Positions 52,514-62,738 are shown, counted from the first letter of the stretch. The stretch is 64,000 nt of DNA from Gammaproteobacteria bacterium (GCA_965223825.1 OZ245018.1:2012272-2076271), one strand, 5' to 3'. Notes: a model not told the origin generated them from the sequence alone. Program-made: numbers and translations.

Positions 52514-53818
52514 CTAACGACCACTACTGCGCATGTTTTGCACAGAAAATTTACTTTGTGGATTCAACTTAGGATCAACCTGTCCTTTAAATTGTCCCGT
52601 TGTGCAGTGACCTGCTTGTACGTCAACCATACTGAAGCTGTCATCAACAGAAACACCGGTGCCTTTATTAACTGGCAAGTGATGATCTGGATGTGCTTGG
52701 CCGATATACCATGATTTCCAGTATTTTCCTGCGCGGTCATAAATGATCGTACGTGGGAAAGTGAACGTCTGTGCATCGACATAATGAACACGTTTGCCAA
52801 TGGGGTGGTTACCATCAACCGGGACAGATTCAAGAACATACGCTTTACGTAATTGCCATGTCACATTTGCGAAACAGCCACCTTGTCCACCAAAATCAAC
52901 AAACTTGTATTCTGGATCGTTAAACTCATCTGTCAGAGGCATGTCGTTGTGATTATAAAAAGGCAGCAACACTGTTTTTGTCCCTTTATATGTCCACTTC
53001 ATATCTGAAATCCGACCGTTATAACCTTCAAAATCTTCGATCATTAAATCAGCACCAAGAAATGAATCCGTCGTTTGACCAGAAGCAAGACGACGAACAC
53101 GACGCTGGAAACCAAGATACAACCAGGCATCATCACGTTTTAAATCGTCTTCATAACGATGAATTAAAAGCTGGGTGTTTTTTACGTCGAACGGTTCTTC
53201 AACCATCGCGTAAATTGATCGGAAAATTTCAGATGGGTTTGGAGAAACTTCAGGTAATGGTTCGTAGTTAACGCGATGCTTCCAATTAAGAAAGTGGAAG
53301 TTGATTTTAATTTCACGCTCTACTTTACCGCTTTGCAGATCACGATAGCGCCAATAGAAAGGATAGATTGCAGCAGTATCCCCCCAGTTATAACCATATT
53401 TAAAATTCCATGCGAGTTTTTCACCTGCACGAGGATCACTCATATCCGGCTCTTCCGGAAAAGGACGCCCGGCTAGGAAACCAGAAATTTCACCTGGCTG
53501 GCTACCCAATGTGGTTTTATTTAAGTTTTCTTTTGTAGCATTTATGTAACCATCATGAAGGATGTAGTCCGTGGTTTCACCAACTTTAATTTCTAACCAA
53601 CCATCCTTTACGTGCTTATACATTTCAGGATCGAGTACATCTTTTGCAGCATCAACATTACCGGCATTGATGACCATTCCTGGTGTAACGCCATCTACTG
53701 TAGGAAATCCATTTTTATAAGGATAAAACGAATTTTCTATATCTTCTGGCGATGCAGCCTGTACTGTAGCGATCGGCAAAAAAGCTGCCAGCATGATCGC
53801 GATTCTCTTTAATTTCAT
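52514..53818 (-). CDS. DUF1329-family periplasmic protein (LolA-like fold family).
   Basis: It has a signal peptide (MKLKRIAIMLAAFLPIATVQA) and is 434 aa. A GAGGAG RBS is present. It is adjacent to the DUF1302-like gene. Confidence 0.7.
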   Translation of the reverse strand: MKLKRIAIMLAAFLPIATVQAASPEDIENSFYPYKNGFPTVDGVTPGMVINAGNVDAAKDVLDPEMYKHVKDGWLEIKVGETTDYILHDGYINATKENLNKTTLGSQPGEISGFLAGRPFPEEPDMSDPRAGEKLAWNFKYGYNWGDTAAIYPFYWRYRDLQSGKVEREIKINFHFLNWKHRVNYEPLPEVSPNPSEIFRSIYAMVEEPFDVKNTQLLIHRYEDDLKRDDAWLYLGFQRRVRRLASGQTTDSFLGADLMIEDFEGYNGRISDMKWTYKGTKTVLLPFYNHNDMPLTDEFNDPEYKFVDFGGQGGCFANVTWQLRKAYVLESVPVDGNHPIGKRVHYVDAQTFTFPRTIIYDRAGKYWKSWYIGQAHPDHHLPVNKGTGVSVDDSFSMVDVQAGHCTTGQFKGQVDPKLNPQSKFSVQNMRSSGR

Positions 53819-53945
53819 GGGTCTCTCCTCTTGCTTATTTATTGCTGTTTTCTAATTTCAGCAATTTTCAGAATCCTGTCAGGACATCTTTTATTATGAT
53901 CTGCAAGAGCTAACTAAATAGGGTCAGCTCTTGCAGGGGGTTACT

Positions 53946-55942
53946 TTAAAAACGATAACGAACTAACAGTTGAACTTGATCTTCATTTTGCGCCATACCA
54001 ATTGGGCCAGAGCGGAATCGGCCTAATGGTTCAAAACCACTTAAACCAAGACTTTGGCTTGGTGCGCCTGTTCCAGTAAATGGAGGAAAAGGATCAGCAC
54101 TTCTTGCATCATCAAATGGTCGCGCACCTGTACCGAACTTAAAGTTCGCACCTAACGTGACACGCCAGTTGTCATTCACAAGCCAATCGATAGACGGTGC
54201 AACTGCTGCGGCTTGTGCACGAACATCGTACGCGGTGATGATTTGCGGGCTAAGTCGATCGTTCATGTACCAACCTTTTACCAATAACGTCGTGATAAAG
54301 TTATCTTTCCAGTCGGGATACCAATCTTACCTAACGGTCCGTCTTCCAGATCGTGCTCAAGAATATGTTGACCAAATACTTGTGCAGAAAATAAGAAAGC
54401 ACGCGTTTTGTTTAAGAAAGGAATGAAAGTTGGTCGATCTGCGCCGACAACCCAACGGATAACATCAGACTCTGAATACATTTCCGGTTTTGAGGTATTC
54501 GCAAACTCTTCACCAGTTGTCCATGCAGCTTCAACCCGAAAAGCTGTTTTCAAGCTATCCACATAAAAGTCCGCTGAACCACCGAGTAAACCGACACGTG
54601 GAAAATGAATGTCGAATGCGATCAGATAATCACGATTTAATTCAACACCGCCGGTACCGACTCCCGGAACGGTTACACCGGGTGCAATAAAAGGATTCAC
54701 TGCAGCCACATTACCCGCTCTCAGCGATGGAAGTTGTGAGCGGTAGTACAATCCGTTAAGTGAGAAACCCACGCCTTTATAAACACCCTCTAAGCGCATA
54801 CCGACTTCGGTTTCATCCAATTCCCAATCAGGCATCACTGCTTCACGAATACCGATACTGTGAGCTGGGAAATCCGTTTGTGCACCGCCACCGGCAAAGT
54901 TAGAAACAGAACAGCCATTTTCCCAACAATTATTCAGCGCGCGGAATAAGGAACCTGCATCGAGAATGGAGTTTGGTGTACCACCCTGGCCAAGGTTACT
55001 AGGACGAAATTTTTCGAACTTCCACAAGAACTGTAAGTTCAGATCATCAAATGTTTCTGTCGCACCCCAACGGTATTCCGCGGTTGCGATCCCCATTGGA
55101 ATACGAATATCTTCCAATTCGTCATAGATATTATTTCGTGAATAATCCACTGGGTTGATAACATCTAAAACACGGAATAAATCCGTACGGCCCCACACGA
55201 CCTGTTGGCGACCAAAGGTTAAATCTAATTGACGGCCGTTGGCTAATGGGATGGTGCCCGAGACATACGCTTCACGAATGACATCCGCTCGGCTATTAAA
55301 CTCCGGGTTTTGTAGATCGCTTTCTTCATAATCCAAATAGCCATCAATACAACCACGCGGATCAATATTGCACGGCCTCACTGGAACGCCGATTAACACA
55401 CCACCGTCATCTCCGTGTAATTGTGAGCCCAATTGAACCAAGCCTTCATTTGGATTCTAAGTGACATCAAAACCGAAGCCACCGCCTCCCGGTAAGCCTG
55501 GATTACCGGCAGTCACCAATGAGTTACCCCAAGGTGTGGTAATACCCGCAGGCACAGCCGATGGACCTAATACTCCGGCTGGAACACCGGCAGACGTATA
55601 TTCAACAGAGCCACCCGCATTTCTACCGTATTCATCATCGTTCAGATCATAAACCGCATCGTAGCTCGCACGAAGTGTGCCGTTGAATTGAAAGTTTTTG
55701 AAAATACCCACATCACCTAATGTTTTTGAAATTTCCAGGTTTAGGGTGTTGCGCATTTTAGATAACCCTTCTCCGTGTAAACGGACATGGGTGTCAGTCT
55801 CGAAATAACCGTGGATCTCCGCTTCTTCCGCATTCACTCCAGCACTTGCCGCTGTGAGTATTCCTGCAACCAGAAGCGATGTGGGCGTCATATTACTGGA
55901 AATATGAGCGTTCCCCTCCTGCATTCGCTTACGAACAGACAT
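53946..55942 (-). pseudogene. DUF1302-family outer-membrane protein gene, apparently disrupted. It is split into three ORFs by an in-frame TAG (55457-55459) and a +1 frameshift near 54280-54330.
   Basis: ORF 55457..55942 carries the signal peptide. ORF 54278..55441 is in the same frame as the first, with only a TAG and five sense codons (NPNEGL) between them. ORF 53946..54284 is in a different frame and ends ...LLVRYRF, a typical beta-barrel C-terminus. The three fragments total about 660 aa, which fits DUF1302. Confidence 0.55.
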
Positions 55943-56072
55943 GCTTAGCCTCCTCTTTTTTATTGTTTAAACAACTCGTTTTACAGAGTTGTCCTGCACC
56001 GCTTATTTATGTATTTTTAGAAATACTTATTTATATCTATTTTTATTTTTAAATCTTACGCAGACTAATTAT

Positions 56073-56102
56073 ATCGATATTTTTATTAATGTCGATATTT
56101 TT
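56073..56102. promoter_or_regulatory. Copy B of the shared motif, ATATCGATATTTTTATTAATGTCGATATTTTT, about 130 bp upstream of the DUF1302 gene.
   Basis: I read it directly; it aligns with copies A and C. Confidence 0.5.
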
Positions 56103-56203
56103 TTATTTTTGCGTTGAACTTAATTATTTTTGATTTATTTCAATAGGTTGGATATAGGATCAGAGAATGGCTTTATATAAAACCATTCTCTGATCAACCA
56201 AGA

Positions 56204-57253
56204 TCAAGCGCGATGTTCTTGTTCTATCATCTGTTTCAAGCGTCGACGAACCCGTACATTGCCGACATCGCTGGATAACAAAACAGGATTCAGTGAAAAG
56301 AGATCGGTGATCTCAATCTCTTCTTGTTGCAGATCAATCACGGGTTTATCTTCATCAGCAAACGCGGCTTGCAAGCCTTCCTTATGCATAGCGTTATATT
56401 CCGCATCATGCTGCCTGTAGTTACGTGCTGATCCAAAAAAGTAGTGCGTTGTTTTCGCCGTTTCTGGTGTCATTAAATGGAAGTCATACAGTACAACCCC
56501 GTCGTTTTCATAATCCTGACTGCCTTGCACCGCTCCGACCTGTAAATGCATATTCGACGGTGCGCGCCATTTAACAGTCAGGTATTGATCAGCCGTACCT
56601 TCAGGTTCTTTTAAATGATTCCCCAACAGTGGCATTGCCGGATCCGCTTCCCACAACCAATTGATGTAGATGTCATCCCCATCATCTTTCACATCAGGAA
56701 TGATCGGGCTCAGCTTACCTTTGGTGTTGATCAGTGGACCGTGTAAGTGATCAATATGCGAAAGATCCATAATGTTATCGGTGATCAACTCGTAGTTCGC
56801 GTTGTTGTGCAGCACGAAATAAAACACTGCATCCTTCGGACTATTAGTCAAAATACTGCAATCCAGAATTTTATCTTCATCGGCCAGATCAGCATCGCCC
56901 ATCCAGATCCACAAAAAACCATCACGCTCAACTAATGGGAAGGATTGCACCACAGCTGCTTTAGGGATTTTGCCGTCACCATGCGGACTGTGTACGCACT
57001 TGCCAGTGCAATCAAACGTTAGGCCGTGATACTTACACGTAATGTCATCGCCATGACGTTGCCCAGCGGATAAAGGTAAAAACCGGTGTGGACAACGATC
57101 ACGTAAGGCAACCACCTCACCATTTTCTTTACGATAAATCAGAACGGATTGATCGAGAATTTTTCGTCTAAATAAATCCATTCCATTAATTTCTGTCACC
57201 AGTGCAGCCACATACCAGGCATTACTCAAAAAAATATTTTTATCTTCACTCAT
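56204..57253 (-). CDS. Rieske non-heme iron oxygenase, VanA/TsaM-type alpha subunit (O-demethylase/monooxygenase-like).
   Basis: The Rieske motif is CPHRFLPLS...CKYHG. A mononuclear iron region HNNANYELITDNIMDLSHIDHLH is present. It is 350 aa. The first ATG (MSEDK) has a GAGGAG RBS. Confidence 0.85.
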   Translation of the reverse strand: MSEDKNIFLSNAWYVAALVTEINGMDLFRRKILDQSVLIYRKENGEVVALRDRCPHRFLPLSAGQRHGDDITCKYHGLTFDCTGKCVHSPHGDGKIPKAAVVQSFPLVERDGFLWIWMGDADLADEDKILDCSILTNSPKDAVFYFVLHNNANYELITDNIMDLSHIDHLHGPLINTKGKLSPIIPDVKDDGDDIYINWLWEADPAMPLLGNHLKEPEGTADQYLTVKWRAPSNMHLQVGAVQGSQDYENDGVVLYDFHLMTPETAKTTHYFFGSARNYRQHDAEYNAMHKEGLQAAFADEDKPVIDLQQEEIEITDLFSLNPVLLSSDVGNVRVRRRLKQMIEQEHRA

Positions 57254-57558
57254 GCTGGTTCTCCTCACACGATTTATTTCAAGCCTCGACCTCTTTTGGG
57301 TCGATGAATAGGGAAAATAGTTTTAGAAAAATCCATCCGTCGCGTTAACAAAGCTCGACAAACACCGACGGGTAATTTTCCTGTATGAGGACTATACGAG
57401 GGCGCACTATGACGTTCACCAACCTTTAGGATGGTCGTCTTAATTGGTTGAAATACTGTGATATTTTAGAAATTCATCGTAAAGCATGAATGAAACGGAT
57501 GGCGATCAGGCAGCGTTCAAAACAAACACCGATCAGGCTGCTGTATAAATGGGTGGGA

Positions 57559-60375
57559 TTATTGCAAAAACCCAAGTTCACGCGCTTTAGAAACGGCACT
57601 GCCGCGACGGTGGACATCGAGCTTGGTAAAAATTTGTTGCCAGTACCACTTAACCGTATTTGGTGAAAGTGACAATCGCGTTGCTATTTCAGAATTAGAA
57701 CGATCATCCGCCGCCATCTCTAAAATTTCCACTTCGCGCTCTTTTAATAAAGCTTCCTGCAAACTAAAATCCATTGTTTGCGATCGTGGAAAATGTTGCA
57801 TTGGATCATTAGAAAAAGCAGTCAGCAACCGGGTGATCAGATCTGCAGAATCTGAAGCGTTTTCTGATTGCAGCTCACGCAAAAGCTTTTGTATCGGCTG
57901 TCCTTCATCAAGAAAAAAACGAACTGAATGTTCTGCACCTTTTAAATGCAAACACGTTTGCAGCACACCACGTGCTGCGGAGTGATCACCATTTTCCGCT
58001 GTGATCGCCGTCAAACAGAGTCCTGTTTGTAAAGCCGGTTCCCAACAACCGCGATCAGATAAAAACTGCCACCATTGTTTAAGCAAACGAATAGCCACCG
58101 CCGATTGTCCGCGCAACGTCGCTAATCTCGACCACGCAATCGCCATAACGCAGGTCGCTGTCGAGGCATTTTCATCGGGTTTGAGATTGATTGGCGGCCC
58201 CATTAAGCCACTCTGTCGGCCACATTCTGCAGCTTGTTGCGCATCACCCAATAAGCAATGAAGTCGGACCCGTTCCGCGATCAGATGTGTTTCTAAACGC
58301 GAAAAAGCAAAACGTGCTGCCTGTTTTATTCCTTCGTTTAAACATTCGAATGCAACATCCAAATTGCCATCAAAGACATGCACACGCGTCTTCGTTAAAT
58401 AGCCTGCAATCAACTGATCAGACAGCCCAAGTTTTTCACAGTGGCCTAAATGCTCGTTCACCAAATCACGCGCAAACTCAATTCGATTTTGCGTGTAGTA
58501 CAGATCTGCTAACAGCAAACCCGGTGTAGAAGAAATGGAGGAAAGTCGTCCATGCAATTCCGTGGCATCATTCAGCGCATTTTTAAATAATGCTTGCGCT
58601 TCGGTGTATTCCGCTTGCATTCGCAAAGTAATACCGACCAAGGCATCATGATAAACACTACCGTAAAGCACATTATGCTCAACACAAATTTCATGCATGG
58701 CTGCGGCCAAGCCCAGTGTCTCCCCCACTTCGAAATGATCGCGTCGTGCACTTTGTAATAAAATTTGTACAGAAGTCAGCATGTGCATCGCTGGATCAGA
58801 TGGGTAATTCGCAGACAGCCACGCTTCACACGCGATTTTAGTTTTCGCGAGATCGTCAGAAATCGCCGCTAACATCATTTCTCGGTGTTTCAATTTGCCT
58901 TCAAGATAGTGTAACTGCTTTGGTGCAAGACCTGACTCGACTAATAATATTTTTTTATCGGAAATAGTCGCGTGGAGCTCTCGATGTCTCGCCAGTTCTT
59001 CACTGATCAGATCGAGCATGGCGGCTCCCTTTTCGAAATCCCAGCGCATGATATGTTGCCACGCGAGATCTAACATTAAACGCGGCTGACGTTTCAAAAC
59101 ATCGTATGGAATACGGGCTGCTTGCTCTTCTAATGTGGTCACATGTCCGGTGGAAAACAACGTTTCACTGACATGATCTAAAAGCGCAGCAGCACGGGCT
59201 TTATCTTCAGCACAACAAGCATGATGGATCGCATCCAAATAAAAATGATGTTGTTCAAACCACAACGATGCGCGACTGTGAAAGACGCGGTATTTATCCG
59301 GATCGGCCTCACGCAAGCGCCTATCGAGAAACTCCGCAAACAGATGATGGTAGCGATACCAATCATCCGTCTCGTCTAAAGAAAAAATAAAAATATGGGA
59401 TGCAATCACCTGTTCAAGCAATGCATGACAATCTTTCATTTCCGTGACCGCCGCGCACAAACCGCGGTTTAACCGTGTCAGTATGGACGTTTGCAGTAAA
59501 AACTCGCGCACAGGTTCATCCAGCGTACGCAACACTTCTTCGGTTAAAAAATTTGCAATGTCACGATATTCACCGGAAAGATCGTGAATCCAATGTTGTG
59601 GGTTTTGTACTTTCTGCAAAGACAACGAGGCGAGTTGTAAACCTGCGACCCAACCTTCTGTACGATCAGCAAGTAACGCCAGATCAGGGTTTCGTAAAGG
59701 AATTTTAGTGGTCTTAGCAAAAAACTCGCGCGACTCGGCTAATGTAAAACGCAGATCATCGACATCCAGCTCATGCAAGCGTCCAAGGGCTCGCAATCGG
59801 CCTAACGACACGCCCAACGGCGCATGGCGCATGGCGACAATCCATTTCACACTGGCTGGACTACGCATGAACAATTCACTAACAGTGTCGAGTAGATCAG
59901 AATTCGTAATCAGATGAAAGTCATCAATAAAAATCCTCACCGGCTGATCTAGCTGGGCAATCTCATTAATAAATAAGGTCATCAACGTATCCGATGACGG
60001 ATTCGCACCACGCTCGATCAGGCCCAGAATATCGCGCCCGAAACCGGCAGAAGATTTGCGCACGGCTTCCACTAACGCATGCGCAAAGCGCACCATGTCG
60101 TTATCGGTTTTATCTAACGTAAACCAAGCGCAGATGCTTTGTTCTGATTGCGCTTGCGTAAATATTTGTGCGAGTAAGCTGGTTTTGCCATAACCGGCCG
60201 GCGCGGTAACCGTGAGAACAGAACAGCTTTCTGTCGCGCTAAACACACTTGCTAGACGTGGCCGTGCGATCAGCAGCCCGCGCTGCGACGGTGGCTTGAG
60301 TTTGGTCTCTAGTACAACAGATAAATAAGGCATCAGGTGCGTCGTGAAGTGTTTGTTTATTATTTTCTCAGACAC
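57559..60375 (-). CDS. MalT-type large LuxR-family regulator (STAND/AAA ATPase plus helical repeats plus C-terminal LuxR HTH).
   Basis: A Walker A motif (TAPAGYGKTSLL) is present. The C-terminal HTH reads REVEILEMAADDRSNSEIATRLSLSPNTVKWYWQQIFTKL. The track's start is GTG; an alternative ATG lies at 60333. Confidence 0.85.
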   Translation of the reverse strand: MSEKIINKHFTTHLMPYLSVVLETKLKPPSQRGLLIARPRLASVFSATESCSVLTVTAPAGYGKTSLLAQIFTQAQSEQSICAWFTLDKTDNDMVRFAHALVEAVRKSSAGFGRDILGLIERGANPSSDTLMTLFINEIAQLDQPVRIFIDDFHLITNSDLLDTVSELFMRSPASVKWIVAMRHAPLGVSLGRLRALGRLHELDVDDLRFTLAESREFFAKTTKIPLRNPDLALLADRTEGWVAGLQLASLSLQKVQNPQHWIHDLSGEYRDIANFLTEEVLRTLDEPVREFLLQTSILTRLNRGLCAAVTEMKDCHALLEQVIASHIFIFSLDETDDWYRYHHLFAEFLDRRLREADPDKYRVFHSRASLWFEQHHFYLDAIHHACCAEDKARAAALLDHVSETLFSTGHVTTLEEQAARIPYDVLKRQPRLMLDLAWQHIMRWDFEKGAAMLDLISEELARHRELHATISDKKILLVESGLAPKQLHYLEGKLKHREMMLAAISDDLAKTKIACEAWLSANYPSDPAMHMLTSVQILLQSARRDHFEVGETLGLAAAMHEICVEHNVLYGSVYHDALVGITLRMQAEYTEAQALFKNALNDATELHGRLSSISSTPGLLLADLYYTQNRIEFARDLVNEHLGHCEKLGLSDQLIAGYLTKTRVHVFDGNLDVAFECLNEGIKQAARFAFSRLETHLIAERVRLHCLLGDAQQAAECGRQSGLMGPPINLKPDENASTATCVMAIAWSRLATLRGQSAVAIRLLKQWWQFLSDRGCWEPALQTGLCLTAITAENGDHSAARGVLQTCLHLKGAEHSVRFFLDEGQPIQKLLRELQSENASDSADLITRLLTAFSNDPMQHFPRSQTMDFSLQEALLKEREVEILEMAADDRSNSEIATRLSLSPNTVKWYWQQIFTKLDVHRRGSAVSKARELGFLQ

Positions 60376-60464
60376 AAAGAACGCTCCCGCTGTTATCGAC
60401 TCATTTCATTGATTGCAATGCCACTACGACACGGAGTTGCACTTATTCACCTTCGACCAGAAAA

Positions 60465-61427
60465 TTACAGATCTAACACCAACACTGGCGACTTCGAACG
60501 TGAGCAACACGGCGTGAACTGGTCATTTAACGCTTTCTCTGCATCCGTTAAATACATATCACGGTGATCCGGCGTACCTTCCAAAACGCGCGTGAGACAC
60601 GTACCGCAAATTCCTTGCTCACAAGAAAGCGGAATATCAACACCCTGTGCTTCCAGCGCTTCAATAATTGTTTTATCCGGCGGGATTATGTAAGTCGCTC
60701 CGGTACTGGCGACTTTGATGGTAAATGCTTGATCACCCTCTTCACTGAGATCAATCGCACCGAACGATTCCGTATGGATCACATCATCTGTCCAACCAAA
60801 CTGATCGCGCGCGGTTGAGGTGACAAAATTCATAAAACCATCGGGCCCACAAACGTACAGATGTGTATCTGCTTCCGTCGATGCAAAAAGTGTCCCCAAC
60901 GCCAACTTTTGATCAGCCGCACCATCATCAAAATGAAAATGAATAAACGGCTTCAAACTACCGTCGATAAGTTCATTGTGAAAAGCCGCATGCAAACGAC
61001 TACGACAACAGTAATGCAATTCGAACGATTGAGAGTGATCAAATAAATGTTGTGCCATCGCCAGCATCGGCGTGATCCCAATCCCTCCGGCGATAAGGAT
61101 AGAATGTGCCGCTTCGCGTAATGGAAAATTATTCCGTGGTGCACTTATGGTGATCTGATCACCCTCATTGATTTTCGCGTGAACGGCTTTGGATCCTCCG
61201 CGCCCCGCATCTTCTAACTTGATCGCGAGGCGGTAATGATTCCGTTCTGAAGGTGAAGAACAAATAGAATATTGACGAACAAACCCATCAATATGCAAAT
61301 CAATATGTGAACCGGCTTCGAAGCTGGGTAAAACCTGACCCTCACCAGGCGAAAGTTCAAGACAAAGAATATCTTCCGCAGCGAGAAACTTGCGAGAAAC
61401 AGTAACGGTTAAGGTGTGATCATTCAT
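60465..61427 (-). CDS. VanB/PDR-family oxidoreductase (FMN-binding FNR-like domain plus C-terminal plant-type 2Fe-2S).
   Basis: An FNR-like N-terminus (RQYSICSSP) is present. The C-terminal ferredoxin reads LSCEQGICGTCLTRVLEG. It is 320 aa. Confidence 0.85.
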   Translation of the reverse strand: MNDHTLTVTVSRKFLAAEDILCLELSPGEGQVLPSFEAGSHIDLHIDGFVRQYSICSSPSERNHYRLAIKLEDAGRGGSKAVHAKINEGDQITISAPRNNFPLREAAHSILIAGGIGITPMLAMAQHLFDHSQSFELHYCCRSRLHAAFHNELIDGSLKPFIHFHFDDGAADQKLALGTLFASTEADTHLYVCGPDGFMNFVTSTARDQFGWTDDVIHTESFGAIDLSEEGDQAFTIKVASTGATYIIPPDKTIIEALEAQGVDIPLSCEQGICGTCLTRVLEGTPDHRDMYLTDAEKALNDQFTPCCSRSKSPVLVLDL

Positions 61428-61548
61428 GATTTATTCGCTTTTATAGTATTTTTTAGAAAATTGACTGGTCTAACCTGATAGATTAAATCATCAAGGTTTT
61501 TCCGTTTCAATTACTTTGGGTGGAACAATAATCAGCGAGTAAAAGAAT

Positions 61549-61572
61549 GACACCATCCTTTCGGATGGTGTC
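61549..61572. terminator. Hairpin GACACCATCC tttc GGATGGTGTC followed by TTTATCTTT, downstream of the C23O gene.
   Basis: It has a perfect 10-bp stem. T-rich sequence on the + side and ATTCTTTT on the minus side mean it could act bidirectionally. Confidence 0.55.
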
Positions 61573-61587
61573 TTTATCTTTCATAAA

Positions 61588-62508
61588 TCAAGTTGTAACA
61601 GAAAGGAAACGTTCATTGAGTTTCTGATCATGATAGAAAATCGCGCCACCGAGCTCTTCAGCCGTCCAAGTGATCGGTTCATGATCGGGATACCAACTAT
61701 AGTCACCACAAAATACTTCGTTACGGTTACCGGAAGGATCAAAAAAGTATATGGTTCTACCGCGCGTAATACCATGACGGGTTGGGCCAATATCAATGGG
61801 TATACGATAGCGCCCCATTAAATCCGCCGCGTGAAGCACTTCTTCCCAACTGTTCAGTAAAAAAGACACATGGTGCAAACGACCTTTTTCTTCATTTCTT
61901 ACGAACGCAATATCATGCGCCTTCATACCGCAACTCATGAATGAACTGATCTTAAAATCACCATCCATAACGCGTTCGGTTTCTTGAAAACCCAAGACCT
62001 CTGTGAAAAGTTTCACCACGCCATCCAGATCATCTCCGTATAGCAAACAATGATCAAACCGTTGTGCTTTCATGCCTTTTAAATTGTCTGGAAATGGGTG
62101 CGGGTTTAAGCGTCCCATTTCTGTACCTTTTATGTCTTTTTCAGCAAATAATTCAAATGCATGACCGGTTGGGGCAATAAAGCGAACGCGCTCGCCACAA
62201 TGCTTTAATTCACCGGCAGGAATCTGTTCCACATCAAGACCAAAGTCGATCAGATCTTGGGTTAATTTGCGCAATGTCTCCGCACTATCAACCTTGAATG
62301 CCATGAAATCCATGCCTGGAGAATCTGCTTCACGTAGCACGATTGAGAAATAATCTTGCTCATCCCAACCTTTGAGATAAACACGACCTTGATCATCGCG
62401 ATCAACCTCCTCCAGTCCGAGTCGTTCGCAGTAATGCACCAAACCTTCTTCAAGATCCAATAAGCGCACGCTGACATGACCCGGGCGTAACACACCTTGT
62501 AATGGCAT
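61588..62508 (-). CDS. dmpB: Catechol 2,3-dioxygenase (extradiol, type I).
   Basis: The N-terminus [68 protein letters not shown] is very close to the XylE/DmpB pattern. A GGAGGAGG RBS is present. It is 306 aa. Confidence 0.92.
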   Translation of the reverse strand: MPLQGVLRPGHVSVRLLDLEEGLVHYCERLGLEEVDRDDQGRVYLKGWDEQDYFSIVLREADSPGMDFMAFKVDSAETLRKLTQDLIDFGLDVEQIPAGELKHCGERVRFIAPTGHAFELFAEKDIKGTEMGRLNPHPFPDNLKGMKAQRFDHCLLYGDDLDGVVKLFTEVLGFQETERVMDGDFKISSFMSCGMKAHDIAFVRNEEKGRLHHVSFLLNSWEEVLHAADLMGRYRIPIDIGPTRHGITRGRTIYFFDPSGNRNEVFCGDYSWYPDHEPITWTAEELGGAIFYHDQKLNERFLSVTT

Positions 62509-62681
62509 AAAGTACCTCCTCCATGCTTCGATTTATCGAATTATTATGGTTACCGATCCGAAAGCGACGATTGCCGACCTCACTCGGAATTTTTATATTT
62601 TTCTAATTTAAGCGAATGATTTTTCAATATTTTTAAGAAATACCAGTCACATTAAACGGTCATTGTTATTTTTCTGATTAT

Positions 62682-62711
62682 ATCGATATTTTTATAAATG
62701 TCGATATTTTA
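62682..62711. promoter_or_regulatory. Copy C of the shared motif, ATATCGATATTTTTATAAATGTCGATATTTTAT, between the ferredoxin and C23O genes.
   Basis: I read it directly. It lies about 175 bp upstream of the C23O start and about 28 bp after the ferredoxin stop. Confidence 0.5.
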
Positions 62712-62738
62712 TATTTTCATCTACCTTAATTTGTACCA

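Noticed and set aside
57456-61460. Similar AT-rich strings TGTGATATTTTAGAAA (57456-57471) and ATAGTATTTTTTAGAAAA (61443-61460) upstream of the Rieske oxygenase and the VanB-like reductase.
   Set aside because: They are short and low-complexity, occur in generally AT-rich leaders, and are only loosely similar to each other and to the shared 32-bp motif. This could be chance.
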